Assembly (NCBI GenBank): GCA_965279375.1
Contig: OZ257156.1
Span: forward strand, 2,784,001 to 2,848,000
Length of the DNA: 64,000 nucleotides
Source of the DNA: Gemmatimonas sp.
Lineage (GTDB): Bacteria > Gemmatimonadota > Gemmatimonadetes > Gemmatimonadales > Gemmatimonadaceae
Direction: 5' to 3'
This document shows positions 42,999 through 62,338 of this stretch, piece after piece (the stretch's first letter is position 1; every line of letters starts with the position of its first letter). The translations under genes were made by a program, and so were the position numbers. Under the pieces are notes generated by a model. That model ran no database searches. It was not told where the DNA came from and saw nothing but the letters and a program-made list of their open reading frames with translations.

Positions 42999-43523
42999 AT
43001 GAAAGCCAAACCAAAGGCAAAGAAGCACGACAAGCAGGTGCTCGTGGATAGCCTGAGCTCCAAGCTCGGCTCCGCCAGCGCGCTGTACTACACGGATTTC
43101 ACGGGCTTGAACGTGAAGCGTATGACGGAACTCCGTCGTCGCTTGAGCCGCGTGGGCGTGGAGTATGTCGTGATCAAGAACACGCTGGCGTTGCGTGCCG
43201 TGAACGAAAGCGGTCTCGTGTCGCAGCGTTTGAAGGGCCCGACCGGCGTGGTGGTGGCGAAGGATGCCATCGCGGCAGCGAAGGTGCTCTCCGAGTTCGC
43301 CAAGGAGAACGACCAGAGGCCGTCGGTGAAGGGTGGCATTTACGAAGGGAAGTCGATCGATGAAGCGCTGGTCAAGAAGTTGGCCACGTTGCCGTCGCGC
43401 GAAGACGCCCTCTCGATCTTTGCCGGTTACCTGAACAGCATTCCGATGATGTTCGCCCTCGCACTCGACGCGCGTAAGGCGCAGCTCGAAGGCTCTAACG
43501 AAGTTCCCCAGGCGTCTGCCTGA
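42999..43523 (+). CDS. rplJ: 50S ribosomal protein L10
   Basis: [23 protein letters not shown]. Confidence 0.95.
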   Translation: MKAKPKAKKHDKQVLVDSLSSKLGSASALYYTDFTGLNVKRMTELRRRLSRVGVEYVVIKNTLALRAVNESGLVSQRLKGPTGVVVAKDAIAAAKVLSEFAKENDQRPSVKGGIYEGKSIDEALVKKLATLPSREDALSIFAGYLNSIPMMFALALDARKAQLEGSNEVPQASA

Positions 43524-43570
43524 TCACACGCCCCAGGCTCCCTGGGGGAAAGAATACGGAGAGTTTCAAG

Positions 43571-43957
43571 ATGGCTAACACTGCACTCAGCAAGGACGAG
43601 ATCATCGACGCGATCGGCGCGATGAGCGTGATCGAGTTGTCCGACCTGATCGAGACGTTCAAGACGAAGTTCAACGTCACCATCGCGGCCGTTGCCGCGG
43701 GCGGTGGCGGTGGTGGCGCGGCTCCGGCCGCCGCGGCCGAAGAGCAGACCGAGTTCACGGTTGTGCTCAAGGAAGCGGGCGCCAAGAAGATTCAGGTCAT
43801 CAAGGTCGTCCGTGAGATCACGGGCCTTGGCCTCAAGGAAGCCAAGGACCTGGTCGACGGCGCTCCGAAGAGCGTGAAGGAAAACGTCTCGAAGGACGAG
43901 GCGGCTCAGCTCAAGGCCAAGCTCGAGGCTGAAGGCGCGACCGTCGAAGTGAAGTAA
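43571..43957 (+). CDS. rplL: 50S ribosomal protein L7/L12
   Basis: [23 protein letters not shown]. Confidence 0.97.
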   Translation: MANTALSKDEIIDAIGAMSVIELSDLIETFKTKFNVTIAAVAAGGGGGGAAPAAAAEEQTEFTVVLKEAGAKKIQVIKVVREITGLGLKEAKDLVDGAPKSVKENVSKDEAAQLKAKLEAEGATVEVK

Positions 43958-44200
43958 GGCATCGAACCCGGACCGGGCATCGCTGCGGCGGTGCCCGACT
44001 CCCCGGGCCTCGATCTCCTCACTTCCCCTCGACGTCTCCGTGCACCAGCCGACCTTTCGGTTTTTCTCGTCGAAGTACCACTCCGCCCCGGCAGCGCGCC
44101 TCGCGTTTTTCGCGAACGCCGCTATCGGGGACGGAGTGTTTTGCGCCCCCGGCACCCCCGGATTCAGCGCGCCCCGCGATGTGGGTGAGCCCCTAAGGAC

Positions 44201-48766
<4,566 letters not shown>

Positions 48767-48769
48767 TCC

Positions 48770-53095
<4,326 letters not shown>

Positions 53096-53119
53096 GCGGC
53101 CGTCTGAACGACTGAAATA

Positions 53120-53160
53120 CACGAAGGGCGGCATCGGGATCTCCGATGCCGCCCTTCGTG
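53120..53160. terminator. Long hairpin between convergent rpoC and kinase genes
   Basis: CACGAAGGGCGGCATCGG...CCGATGCCGCCCTTCGTG 18-bp stem. Confidence 0.75.
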
Positions 53161-53210
53161 CGTTTGGCGCGTGACGCGTCACGAGTCACGCACTGTGCGC
53201 GCGTCGTGCG

Positions 53211-55280
53211 CTACTCGGCTGGCGGCGCGGCTGGCGGCGCGGCCGGTGGCGTCGCGGGCGAAGGGCTTGCCGGCCGCGGCCCACCGGGCGGGCGACGCGA
53301 CATCATCGTGCGCGCCGAGTCGAGCCACATTGAGACCTTTGCCGCGGATGGATCGAGCGCGCGCTTGGCGTCCACTGACGGCACCACGATTTCGTACGAG
53401 CGCGAGAAACGGCCACCGCGCACTTCGGTAAGAATCGTCATCACTTCGATCGAGTCGCCGCGCTGGCTGATCACTCCGCTCACCACGACATCGGCGCGGA
53501 GTCCCCAGCCAAGTGACACACGATCGGCGCTCAGCCGCGTGGCGCGATCGGTGGTGGCATTGTCGACGACGTCGAACTTGTCTGCAGGAATCGCCGCGCG
53601 AATAGCCGCCGCCGCCTCACGACCGAGGTTTGAAAACTCGCGCTTGCCGGTGGCATTGGTGTAGTTGGAGATGACCACGCGCGTGCGTCCATCGGTTGGC
53701 GGCGCGATGAGTGGCACGATGCCGGTGGAGAGTCCCGACATCGCACCGGCTGCGGCTGCGAGGCCGGCACTGGCGGCGTTCGCCGCTACGCTGCGCGATG
53801 GATCGTTTCGCGGGTCGAAGCGAGGATCGAAGCGCGGATCCCGCGGCAAGTTGGCGAGATCCTTCTCGATGCGTTGCATTGCGTACGACATCGAGTCGGA
53901 GAAGATGCGGCGCACCTCGCTGAGCAGCGCCTCGCGATCCACCGTCACTTCCGTCTTCGGATCCTCGAGCGAACGCACGATGATGCGCGTCCCCTTGGCG
54001 ACGGTTGGCGCCGTGGCGGCGGCCGAGCTGTCCTTGAGCTTGGCGTCTGCGCGCGCCGCTGACTGTCGCTTGAGCATCACTTCCATGATGGCCAGCGATT
54101 CGGCGCGCGACAGCGTCACCGGCACCGCAGTGGTGCGCGCGCCATCGGCCGCGTCGGACCCGACCGCACTGTCTCGGAAGGCGGCGCTACCGGGCTCGAT
54201 TTGCGTCGTGTCTGCGCCTGCGACAGCGGTCAGCGCACCGTCGCCGTTTCGCGCTCCGCCGGGGCCGACATCGCGCGCGGCGAGAGTATCCGCTGCTGCA
54301 GTCGTCGCCGCTTCACTCGCATTGCGACGCAGGCGCTGCGCAATCGACAACGACGCGACCAGCAACAGCACAGCGGCAACGGCCATCGGCCAGCGGCGCG
54401 GTGAGCTAGGCGCCGCGCCCGCCTTGGCCCGCCCAGTCAGCGGCGGGAGGGCGTCGAGTTCGGCGAGCAATGCCTGCGCGCTGGCGGGACGCTTGTTGGC
54501 GTCCTTCTCGAGGCAGTGCATGATGACGCGCGACAACGCCTCGGGGATCTCGCTGAGCGCGGTGTGTGGCGCCGGCGGGGTGAGTGTCAGCTGCGCGGCG
54601 AGCGTTGCTTGCGGCGACGTCCCGGTGAACGGCGACGTGCCGGTGAGGAGCTCATAGCCAAGCAGACCGACGGCGTAGAGATCCACGCGATGGTCGGCGG
54701 CGGGGTCGGCCGCCAGTTGCTCCGGCGCCATGTAGGCTGGCGTACCGATGGCCATGCCGGTCGTGGTGCCGCCGTGCAGCGGAATTGCGGCGCTAAGCGC
54801 CTTGGCGACGCCGAAGTCGGTGACCAGGGCATGCATTCCCGACGTGAGGATGTTGTCGGGCTTGATGTCGCGATGCACGATGCCGCGCGCGTGCGCATAG
54901 GCAAGCGCGTCCACCACATCGTGCAGGATGCGAACGACGTCGCGTACCGGCAGGCGGCCCTGTCGCTTGATCGCGCCGCGCAGCGACTCGCCATCGATGT
55001 ACGGCATCGAGTACCAGAGCAGCGCGTCGTCGTCGCCGGCGGCGAGCACGGGCACGATGTGCGGATGCTGCAACTGCGCGGCGAGTTGGATCTCGCGGCG
55101 GAAGCGCTCGACGTTGACACCGGCCGCGAGGTCGGGCGGGAGCACCTTGATGACGACGCGTCGCTGCAGCGCGCGTTCGGTGGCGAGGAAGACGCGTGAC
55201 ATGCCGCCGCCGCCGATCTCCCGTTCAATCAGGAAGTCGGCGTCGAGTGCGTGCTGGAGGCGACTTTGAAAGTCAGTCAC
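53211..55280 (-). CDS. Hanks-type Ser/Thr protein kinase with TM and C-terminal alpha/beta (TolB-N-like) domain
   Basis: GGGGMSRV, VIK, HRDIKPDN, DFG, GTPAYMAPE; TM segment; GTG start. Confidence 0.92.
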   Translation of the reverse strand: MTDFQSRLQHALDADFLIEREIGGGGMSRVFLATERALQRRVVIKVLPPDLAAGVNVERFRREIQLAAQLQHPHIVPVLAAGDDDALLWYSMPYIDGESLRGAIKRQGRLPVRDVVRILHDVVDALAYAHARGIVHRDIKPDNILTSGMHALVTDFGVAKALSAAIPLHGGTTTGMAIGTPAYMAPEQLAADPAADHRVDLYAVGLLGYELLTGTSPFTGTSPQATLAAQLTLTPPAPHTALSEIPEALSRVIMHCLEKDANKRPASAQALLAELDALPPLTGRAKAGAAPSSPRRWPMAVAAVLLLVASLSIAQRLRRNASEAATTAAADTLAARDVGPGGARNGDGALTAVAGADTTQIEPGSAAFRDSAVGSDAADGARTTAVPVTLSRAESLAIMEVMLKRQSAARADAKLKDSSAAATAPTVAKGTRIIVRSLEDPKTEVTVDREALLSEVRRIFSDSMSYAMQRIEKDLANLPRDPRFDPRFDPRNDPSRSVAANAASAGLAAAAGAMSGLSTGIVPLIAPPTDGRTRVVISNYTNATGKREFSNLGREAAAAIRAAIPADKFDVVDNATTDRATRLSADRVSLGWGLRADVVVSGVISQRGDSIEVMTILTEVRGGRFSRSYEIVVPSVDAKRALDPSAAKVSMWLDSARTMMSRRPPGGPRPASPSPATPPAAPPAAPPAE

Positions 55281-55442
55281 GGATGCAGGGGTCGACGCAT
55301 GTTCGGTGTTTCGTCAAAGTACAGCGTTGGTCGCCGAGGGGTGAGCGCACGGGTATGGCGCGACTTCCTACTCATTCGTACGTTGCGAAGGTCGATCTTG
55401 TTCAGACACCGCGAGAAACCGGCGGGATGCCGGGAGGAACCG

Positions 55443-56009
55443 ATGATGCGGCGTGCCGTGATGTTGGCGAGCGTAGTGGTGTTGGGCGCGTGCGCGAGCG
55501 CCAAGAGCGGCACGGCGGCGCCGGATCTGTCGACGCAACGCGTCGGTTCGCAATCGATTGTGGCGGGATCGGGCTCCGCGAGCGTTGCGCTCCGTTCGGA
55601 AGCCGTGGCCTCGTCTTCGGTGGTCGACCTGTCACCTGACAAGGCGTTCGCTGCGCTCGAGTCCGCGTACATCGCGTTGGGCATCCCGATCTCCGAAAAG
55701 CTGCCGGCCAAGCGCCAGCTCGGGAATCCGGCCTTTCGCGCTCGCCGCAAGCTCGGCGACCTCCAGCTCACCAAGCTCGTGGACTGCGGCGGGGACAGCG
55801 GCATGCCCAACGCCGAGACCTATATCCTGACGCTGTCGATCTCGTCGGTCGTCTCGGCGAACGCGGCCGGAGGGTCGGTCGTGCAGACGGTGCTCGAGGG
55901 GGATGGCAAGAATCCGCTCACGAACGCGGCCACCAATGTCCGCTGCGGCTCCCTCGGGGAGCTGGAGAAGCGGATCGTGATGCGGATGAAGGCCGCACCG
56001 GCCAAGTAA
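55443..56009 (+). CDS. Lipoprotein of unknown function
   Basis: GGAGG SD; lipobox LGAC; Cys pair DCG...RCGS. Confidence 0.75.
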   Translation: MMRRAVMLASVVVLGACASAKSGTAAPDLSTQRVGSQSIVAGSGSASVALRSEAVASSSVVDLSPDKAFAALESAYIALGIPISEKLPAKRQLGNPAFRARRKLGDLQLTKLVDCGGDSGMPNAETYILTLSISSVVSANAAGGSVVQTVLEGDGKNPLTNAATNVRCGSLGELEKRIVMRMKAAPAK

Positions 56010-56082
56010 GCAGGGCCTTCGCAGGGGCCCGACCGCTCCGTGGTCGTCCGGAGCGAGCCGTCTGGTGGCCAGGCGGGTCGAG

Positions 56083-56111
56083 TTGACCCAGCCAGTGGGG
56101 CTGACTAAGCT
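56083..56111 (+). promoter_or_regulatory. sigma70 promoter of rpsL
   Basis: TTGACC-N17-TAAGCT. Confidence 0.65.
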
Positions 56112-56259
56112 TAGGGTTCTGTTCCGTGCCGCGTCCGGCAGTGTCCGACGTCCTGCGCATAACTGTGTCAGGAGCGGACGTTGTGGTGTCTCCGTCTTTC
56201 GAGGAGCCATCGCCGGCGTGATTCACGTAGATGTCGGTTTCCGAACACCCCATAGGCGA

Positions 56260-56672
<413 letters not shown>

Positions 56673-56676
<4 letters not shown>

Positions 56677-57143
56677 GCCGCCGCAAGAGCGCCGTAAAGC
56701 GCACCGTTCTGCCTGATGCGCGTTACGACAGCCAGACCGTTTCGAAGTTCATCAACAACCTGATGATCCAGGGCAAGAAGTCCACCGCCGAAGGAATCTT
56801 CTACGGCGCCATGGACATCGTCGAAGCCAAGACGAGCCAGCCGGGCGTGGGTGTGTTCAAGCAGGCGTTGAACAACCTCAAGCCGGTCGTCGAAGTGAAG
56901 AGCCGCCGCGTCGGTGGTGCCACCTACCAGGTGCCCGTCGAAGTGCGTCAGGATCGTCGGACTGCGTTGGCGATGCGTTGGCTGATCGGGTATTCCCGCG
57001 ATCGCAATGAGAAGTCGATGTCGGAGAAGCTGGCGGCCGAAGTGCTCGCGGCCAGCCGCGGCGAAGGCAATGCGATCAAGAAGAAGGAAGACACGCATCG
57101 CATGGCTGAAGCGAACAAGGCCTTCGCGCACTACCGCTGGTAA
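56673..57143 (+). CDS. rpsG: 30S ribosomal protein S7
   Basis: [24 protein letters not shown]. Confidence 0.99.
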
Positions 57144-57160
57144 TCGCGAAGTACTGACAT

Positions 57161-57204
57161 ACGAAAGGCGCCCCGGATCTCGAAGATCCGGGGCGCCTTT
57201 TCGT
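57161..57204. terminator. Bidirectional intrinsic terminator after rpsG
   Basis: AAAGGCGCCCCGGATCT-CGA-AGATCCGGGGCGCCTTTT. Confidence 0.85.
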
Positions 57205-57261
57205 TGTACGCGGTGCAGCGGACCAAGCCCGCTGCACCCTGTCGATGCCTAGTTCAAAACC

Positions 57262-58101
57262 TTACGCCTGACGCTTCCGACGGGCCGCGGCGACGACTGC
57301 CGCGAGGCCGAGGCCGACGAGCGCTACGGAGCCGGGCTCCGGTACCGTCGCAAAATCGAGCGCGATCACGGCGTCGTTGAAGTCACCGTCGCTCCAACCG
57401 GCTTCGTCTTCCCAGCCAAGGACAGCGTCGGAGGGGCCGCCGAAGTAGCCGCCGCCGTTGCTCCACGCAGACGTCCACGTCGCCGGCGCGCCGGCGCGAT
57501 TGCCGCTGCCGAAGACCAGCTCATCACTCACCGGCGCGCCGCCATTGAGGAAGACGTTGGCGAAGCCCAGTTCGAAGTTGCCGTCCTGCGTCGCCCGTCC
57601 GTTGTTGTTCTGTCGCACCCAGCCATACCCCGAGTAGTACCAATTCACGGTGTGCGTCTGCGTGTTGAAATCGTACGTGTTCACGCGGAGGCCGAACACC
57701 AGCTCCTGCGTGGACGCATACACGCCCGGCAGCTGCACCCACGGCGAGCCCGGGTTGATCGTGCTGCTGTTTTCAGGCTTGCCGCCGATGTAGGTGTAGT
57801 CGGCCGCGTTCACGAGGGGATTGAACGGGTTGAAGCCGCTGCCGAAGAACCCCTGAAAGAAATAGACGTCGCTCTGGAAGTACGCGATGCCGCCGAGGTA
57901 CCGCGCGGCCGCGACGACCGGCGTGCCACCCTGTCCGACGCCAGCCGCGGCCGCCGTCACCGTGGTGGATGTGGGCGAGGAGGGGATGAGGCAAAGGCCT
58001 GCCGCCTTGTCGGCGGCGGAGCACCCCTGGGCAGACGCCACCTGCGGAGCCATCAGACTGGCTGCCAGCAACAGAAGCGGGACGCGGAGACGAGACGACA
58101 T
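57262..58101 (-). CDS. PEP-CTERM sorting domain protein (DUF4114-like GWED...DFND motif)
   Basis: Signal peptide; C-terminal VPEPGSVALVGLGL...RRKR. Confidence 0.92.
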   Translation of the reverse strand: MSSRLRVPLLLLAASLMAPQVASAQGCSAADKAAGLCLIPSSPTSTTVTAAAAGVGQGGTPVVAAARYLGGIAYFQSDVYFFQGFFGSGFNPFNPLVNAADYTYIGGKPENSSTINPGSPWVQLPGVYASTQELVFGLRVNTYDFNTQTHTVNWYYSGYGWVRQNNNGRATQDGNFELGFANVFLNGGAPVSDELVFGSGNRAGAPATWTSAWSNGGGYFGGPSDAVLGWEDEAGWSDGDFNDAVIALDFATVPEPGSVALVGLGLAAVVAAARRKRQA

Positions 58102-58184
58102 GGGCAAGATCCAGAATTCGTGAGATGGTTCAGCGCAGGATCGCGCCGGAAACCGAAACCAACACAGCCACGACCTAGCATAGG

Positions 58185-58199
58185 GCAAGGTGCGTGCCG
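58185..58199 (-). promoter_or_regulatory. sigma54 (-24/-12) promoter of the PEP-CTERM gene
   Basis: CGGCAC-N5-TTGC on the minus strand. Confidence 0.7.
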
Positions 58200-58396
58200 A
58201 CCTCTACCATAAGACCCGCCGTCCATTTGGGCCGAAGAACGTCTCGTTTCCCTAGAGCGGCGTTACTGCTACGGCATTCGCGTGCGATCGGATGTCCGGC
58301 GCAGCTACTGAATTCTACGCGATCCTCTGCGGTGGCGCTGCAGCTGGACTACATGATGATCGCCAAGTTGTGGTGCGCACGCAACGCATCCGGACG

Positions 58397-59431
58397 TCAC
58401 ATACTCGCGGGATCCGGTGCGTCGGCAGTGCTGCCCGCGGACGGCGGTGCGGTTCGGCGCGGCCAATGCTCATCCACCACGAACGCCGGCCGACGGCGCG
58501 TTTCGTCGAGCGTGCGCCAGAGATACTCGCCCAGAATGCCGAGCATCAGCATCTGCACGCCGGCAGTGAAGGCGAGCAGGATGATGAGCGAAGCGAAGCC
58601 TTGCACAGGTATGCCGCGAAAGGCCCAGGCGGTGAAGACGAAACCGGCATACGCGAACGACGACAGCGCCACCGTGGCACCGAGCAATGAGAGAAATCGG
58701 ATCGGTGCGTACGAAAACGCGACGAACGAGTCGATGAAGAGCTTCAGCTTCTTCGAGAACGTCCAACGCGACGTCCCCTTCGTACGCGCGCGTCGAACGT
58801 ACGGGATCATCACCGGTGCAAAGCCTAGCCAAAAGATCAGCGACATCAGGTTCGTGTTCTTCTCGCGAATCTTGAGCAGCTCAGCGCGCACCTGCCGATC
58901 GATGAGAAAGCAATCGAAGCCGCCGCTCGGATAGTCGGGGAGCGCGTAGCGTTGCATCAGCGCGTAATAGGAATTGGCGAGCTTCGTTTGCAGCCAGCCG
59001 TCCTCGCGATCGGCGCGCACGGCCAGCACCACCTTGGTGCCACGACGCCAGTGCTCGATCATCTGCACGAACAGCTCCGGCGGGTCCTGCAAATCGGCGG
59101 TGATGACGCCAATGCAGTCGCCGCTTGCGGCCTCAATTCCCGCGAGAATGGCGGCCATCGATCCGAAATTTCGCGACAGTCGCAGGACCTGAATACAGTC
59201 AGGATGTCGCAGTTGCCATTCGCGCAGCATCGCGAGCGACTCATCTCCCGAGCGGTCGTCCACGAACACCAGCTCGAGCGCGACGTCTCCCAGTGCTTCT
59301 CGGAGCGCCAACAGCTGCGGCAGCGTGTCCGGAATATTCGGCGCAGAATAATAGATGGGCACGACGATACTCAGTCGCGCCGGGGCCGCGCTCGTGGCTG
59401 CCACGGCAGGCATCGTCGTTTCGATGGTCAT
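58397..59431 (-). CDS. GT2 glycosyltransferase, GtrB/ArnC-like polyprenol-phosphate glycosyltransferase
   Basis: SIVVP, FVDD.S.D, LSRNFG, ADLQDPP, two C-terminal TMs, LGEYLWR...RP. Confidence 0.9.
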   Translation of the reverse strand: MTIETTMPAVAATSAAPARLSIVVPIYYSAPNIPDTLPQLLALREALGDVALELVFVDDRSGDESLAMLREWQLRHPDCIQVLRLSRNFGSMAAILAGIEAASGDCIGVITADLQDPPELFVQMIEHWRRGTKVVLAVRADREDGWLQTKLANSYYALMQRYALPDYPSGGFDCFLIDRQVRAELLKIREKNTNLMSLIFWLGFAPVMIPYVRRARTKGTSRWTFSKKLKLFIDSFVAFSYAPIRFLSLLGATVALSSFAYAGFVFTAWAFRGIPVQGFASLIILLAFTAGVQMLMLGILGEYLWRTLDETRRRPAFVVDEHWPRRTAPPSAGSTADAPDPASM

Positions 59432-59432
59432 G

Positions 59433-60584
59433 CTAGCAGACTCCCGGTGCGCACAGCGCGTCGATGACGGCATCCTGCTGCGCGCGCGTAAGGTGTGGTC
59501 CGAGCGGGAGACTCAGGACCTGGTCGGCGAGTTCCGATGCAATCGGCAGTGCGTCGACCGCGATGCCAAGGTTGGCGTACGCCGCCTGCCGATGCGGTGC
59601 GATTGGATAGTGGATCATCGTACCGATGCCTGCGTGCGCGAGTGCGTCCTGTATCCGCGCACGATCTGCAGCGCCGCCGGGAACACGAACGACGTACAGA
59701 TGCCATGCTGGCTCCGCCCAGGACGGTACCATAGGTAGCAGGAGCGAGGTGTCGCGCAACGCATCGGTGTAGCGTGCCGCCTGCGCCGCTCGTCTCGCGG
59801 TCCACTCATCGAGCCTGGTCAGCTTGAGTCGCAGCACGGCAGCCTGCACTTCGTCGAGACGACTGTTGGTACCCTGCAGCTCGTTCACGTACTTCACGCG
59901 AGAGCCGTAGTTGCGCAGCACGCGCAGCGTGTCGTCGAGGGACGCGTGCCGCGTGGTGACGGCACCGGCATCTCCGAGCGCGCCGAGGTTCTTGGTGGGG
60001 TAGAAGCTCCACGCGACGGCGTCGCCGTGCGCACCGATGCGTTGGCCGTTGTAGCGCGCGCCGTGCGCCTGCGCGGCGTCCTCCACCACGAGAAGATCAC
60101 GTGCCGATGCGAAGGCCAGAATAGCGTTCATGTCCGCCGGCTGACCGTACAGGTGTACCGGGAGGATGGCGCGCGTGCCTGCAGTGCACGCGTCGGCGAG
60201 TCGCGCGGGATCGATATTGAACGTGCGAGGATCCGGCTCCACGGGGACCGGTCGCGCACCAACCTGCGTCACGGCAAGCCACGTCGCGATGTAGGTGTTG
60301 GATGGGACGAGGACGTCGTCGCCGTGGCCAACGCCGAGTGCACGCAGCGCGAGGGTGAGCGCATCGAGGCCATTGGCGACGCCGGTCGCATGTGGTGCTT
60401 GTACGTATTGCGCGAACTCCCGTTCGAATGCGGAGAGCTCCTCCCCGAGCAAGAACCATCCGCTCGCAACGACGCGGGCGATGGCCTCGGTCATCTCCGC
60501 ACCGATTTCGGCGGAGACGCCACGCAGATCGAGAAACGGCACATCGTGGCCGAGCGCGTGTGTAGAACCACGGACGGTGGTCAT
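59433..60584 (-). CDS. fdtB: DegT/DnrJ family aminotransferase (FdtB-like)
   Basis: ANGLDAL, VHLYGQ, EDAAQAHGA, SFYPTKNLG, NSRLDE. Confidence 0.85.
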   Translation of the reverse strand: MTTVRGSTHALGHDVPFLDLRGVSAEIGAEMTEAIARVVASGWFLLGEELSAFEREFAQYVQAPHATGVANGLDALTLALRALGVGHGDDVLVPSNTYIATWLAVTQVGARPVPVEPDPRTFNIDPARLADACTAGTRAILPVHLYGQPADMNAILAFASARDLLVVEDAAQAHGARYNGQRIGAHGDAVAWSFYPTKNLGALGDAGAVTTRHASLDDTLRVLRNYGSRVKYVNELQGTNSRLDEVQAAVLRLKLTRLDEWTARRAAQAARYTDALRDTSLLLPMVPSWAEPAWHLYVVRVPGGAADRARIQDALAHAGIGTMIHYPIAPHRQAAYANLGIAVDALPIASELADQVLSLPLGPHLTRAQQDAVIDALCAPGVC

Positions 60585-61267
60585 ACGAGACTCTCCGTGG
60601 CGAGCGTAGCCGCGTGTGCTGCGGTCACCGATGCCGTGTCATTCGCGTGGCATTCGAGCACAATGTGCGTGTAGGGAATGCGATAGAGCCCCGTGAGGAT
60701 GGAAGACTCGACGCGGCGAAAGCTGCCTGAGGCGAGCGCCTTCCACTCGGCTTCAGTGCGAATGTTCTTGCCGCGATCCTGTGCCATCAGCCAGCGAGAC
60801 GACCAGAGCTGATGCACCAACCACGTCGGTTCGAGGCACACCAGGCGGCCACCCGCACGCAACAGCTGCTTGGCGAGAGCGAATACCTCGTTCACCTCTG
60901 CGTCGTCCAGATGGTGCAGGAGGCCATTGCAGAGCACCAGGTCCGTGTCCCGCAGTTGTGGATGCGGTTGGTCGAGCAGCTGCGTTGCCGTTCCCACGAG
61001 AAACGTCGCGCGATTTCCGTAGTGAGCTTGCGCGCGCGCGATGTACGCCGCGCTGAGATCGATGCCAACGTAGTGTACGGTGCGTGGCAGGAAGTCGAGC
61101 ACCTCGCCCGTGCCGCAGCCGATGTCCACGACGCGCGTCTCCGGTCCGCAACGCCACACGTGCTCGGCCAGCCAGGTGCGGGCACGATTGGCGCCGGCGA
61201 GCGACTGGACCGCAGCATAAATCCAACCGCGGGACAGGAGCTGGCGAACGCCGGAATCATCCTGCAT
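60581..61267 (-). CDS. Class I SAM-dependent methyltransferase
   Basis: VDIGCGTG, GIDLS, GLLHHL. Confidence 0.88.
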   Translation of the reverse strand: MQDDSGVRQLLSRGWIYAAVQSLAGANRARTWLAEHVWRCGPETRVVDIGCGTGEVLDFLPRTVHYVGIDLSAAYIARAQAHYGNRATFLVGTATQLLDQPHPQLRDTDLVLCNGLLHHLDDAEVNEVFALAKQLLRAGGRLVCLEPTWLVHQLWSSRWLMAQDRGKNIRTEAEWKALASGSFRRVESSILTGLYRIPYTHIVLECHANDTASVTAAHAATLATESLV

Positions 61268-61272
61268 CGCGG

Positions 61273-62268
61273 CTAGGCGCGAGGCGACGACTGCACGACA
61301 CGCACAAACTCATCGTAGTCGCGAATGTAGTCGTGTTCGTCGTACACGTCGGAGGCGAGAACCAGCAGCAACGCGTCGGGTGAGTACTTGTACTGCACGG
61401 CCCAGACCATCGGCGGGATGTGCAGGCCAACCGTGGCGCTGCTCAGCGTGATCTCATCGCGACGTTCGCCGTCATCGAGCATGACGGCGCAGCTCCCACG
61501 CACGCACACGAGAAACTGGTGCAGCGCGCGGTGCGCATGCTCACCCCGTACGCGCGTGCTGGGGACATCGTAGATGGCGAAGAAGCGCTGTGGTGCGAAC
61601 GGCAGTTGCTTGCCTACCTCGCCAAAGGTGAGCGCGCCGCGCAGGTCTTCGATCTGAGGCACCGCGTGTAGCCGTGCGCCGCCTACGAGCGTGATGGACG
61701 ACGGCTCCGCTGGTGAGGAGACCGCAGGGGGCGTCGTCGCTGACTCGCCGAGGTCGCTCCTGCTGCGGCCGCTGCCGGCGGCGCGGCCAGCTTCGCCGGC
61801 ATGATCCACGTATCCGATGATTCGGGCCGGGTTACCCGCGACGATCGCGTTGGCCGGCACATCATGCGTGACGACGGCACCAGCGCCGACCATGCAGCCT
61901 TGACCCAGCGTAAGTCCGGGGAGGATGGTGGCATTGGCGCCGATCGACGCGCCGGCGCGTACGAGCGTCCGGGCGTACTGCGCGGGCCGCTGGCGACTGC
62001 GCGGGAACGGGTCGTTGGTGAATGTCGCGTTCGGGCCAACGAACACGTCGTCCTCGAGGGTGACGCCATCCCACAGCTGCACGCCACACTTCACCGTGAC
62101 CCGATCGCCGACGGCCACGTCATTCTCCACGAAGACGTGGTCGCAGATGTTGCAGTCTGCGCCGATCGTCGCGCCGGGCAGCACATGGGCGAAGGCCCAC
62201 ACGCGCGTACCGGCACCGATGCGCGCCGACTCGACCAGGGCCTGTGGGTGGGCGAAGAAATCGGTCAC
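61273..62268 (-). CDS. wxcM: WxcM-like bifunctional hexapeptide acyltransferase + FdtA-type 3,4-ketoisomerase (cupin)
   Basis: Hexapeptide repeats, GPNATFTND; C-terminal DLRG.L, RGEHAH, YIRDY. Confidence 0.85.
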   Translation of the reverse strand: MTDFFAHPQALVESARIGAGTRVWAFAHVLPGATIGADCNICDHVFVENDVAVGDRVTVKCGVQLWDGVTLEDDVFVGPNATFTNDPFPRSRQRPAQYARTLVRAGASIGANATILPGLTLGQGCMVGAGAVVTHDVPANAIVAGNPARIIGYVDHAGEAGRAAGSGRSRSDLGESATTPPAVSSPAEPSSITLVGGARLHAVPQIEDLRGALTFGEVGKQLPFAPQRFFAIYDVPSTRVRGEHAHRALHQFLVCVRGSCAVMLDDGERRDEITLSSATVGLHIPPMVWAVQYKYSPDALLLVLASDVYDEHDYIRDYDEFVRVVQSSPRA

Positions 62269-62338
62269 GCCTGTTCCTCGAGAAGTCTGGGAATCACAGT
62301 ATCGTTAATGTACAGGTTTCGGACCGGAGCGCTCCGGT

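Noticed and set aside
43974..43997. Hairpin after rplL as a terminator
   Set aside because: No adjacent U-tract; cannot distinguish an attenuator from a stability hairpin
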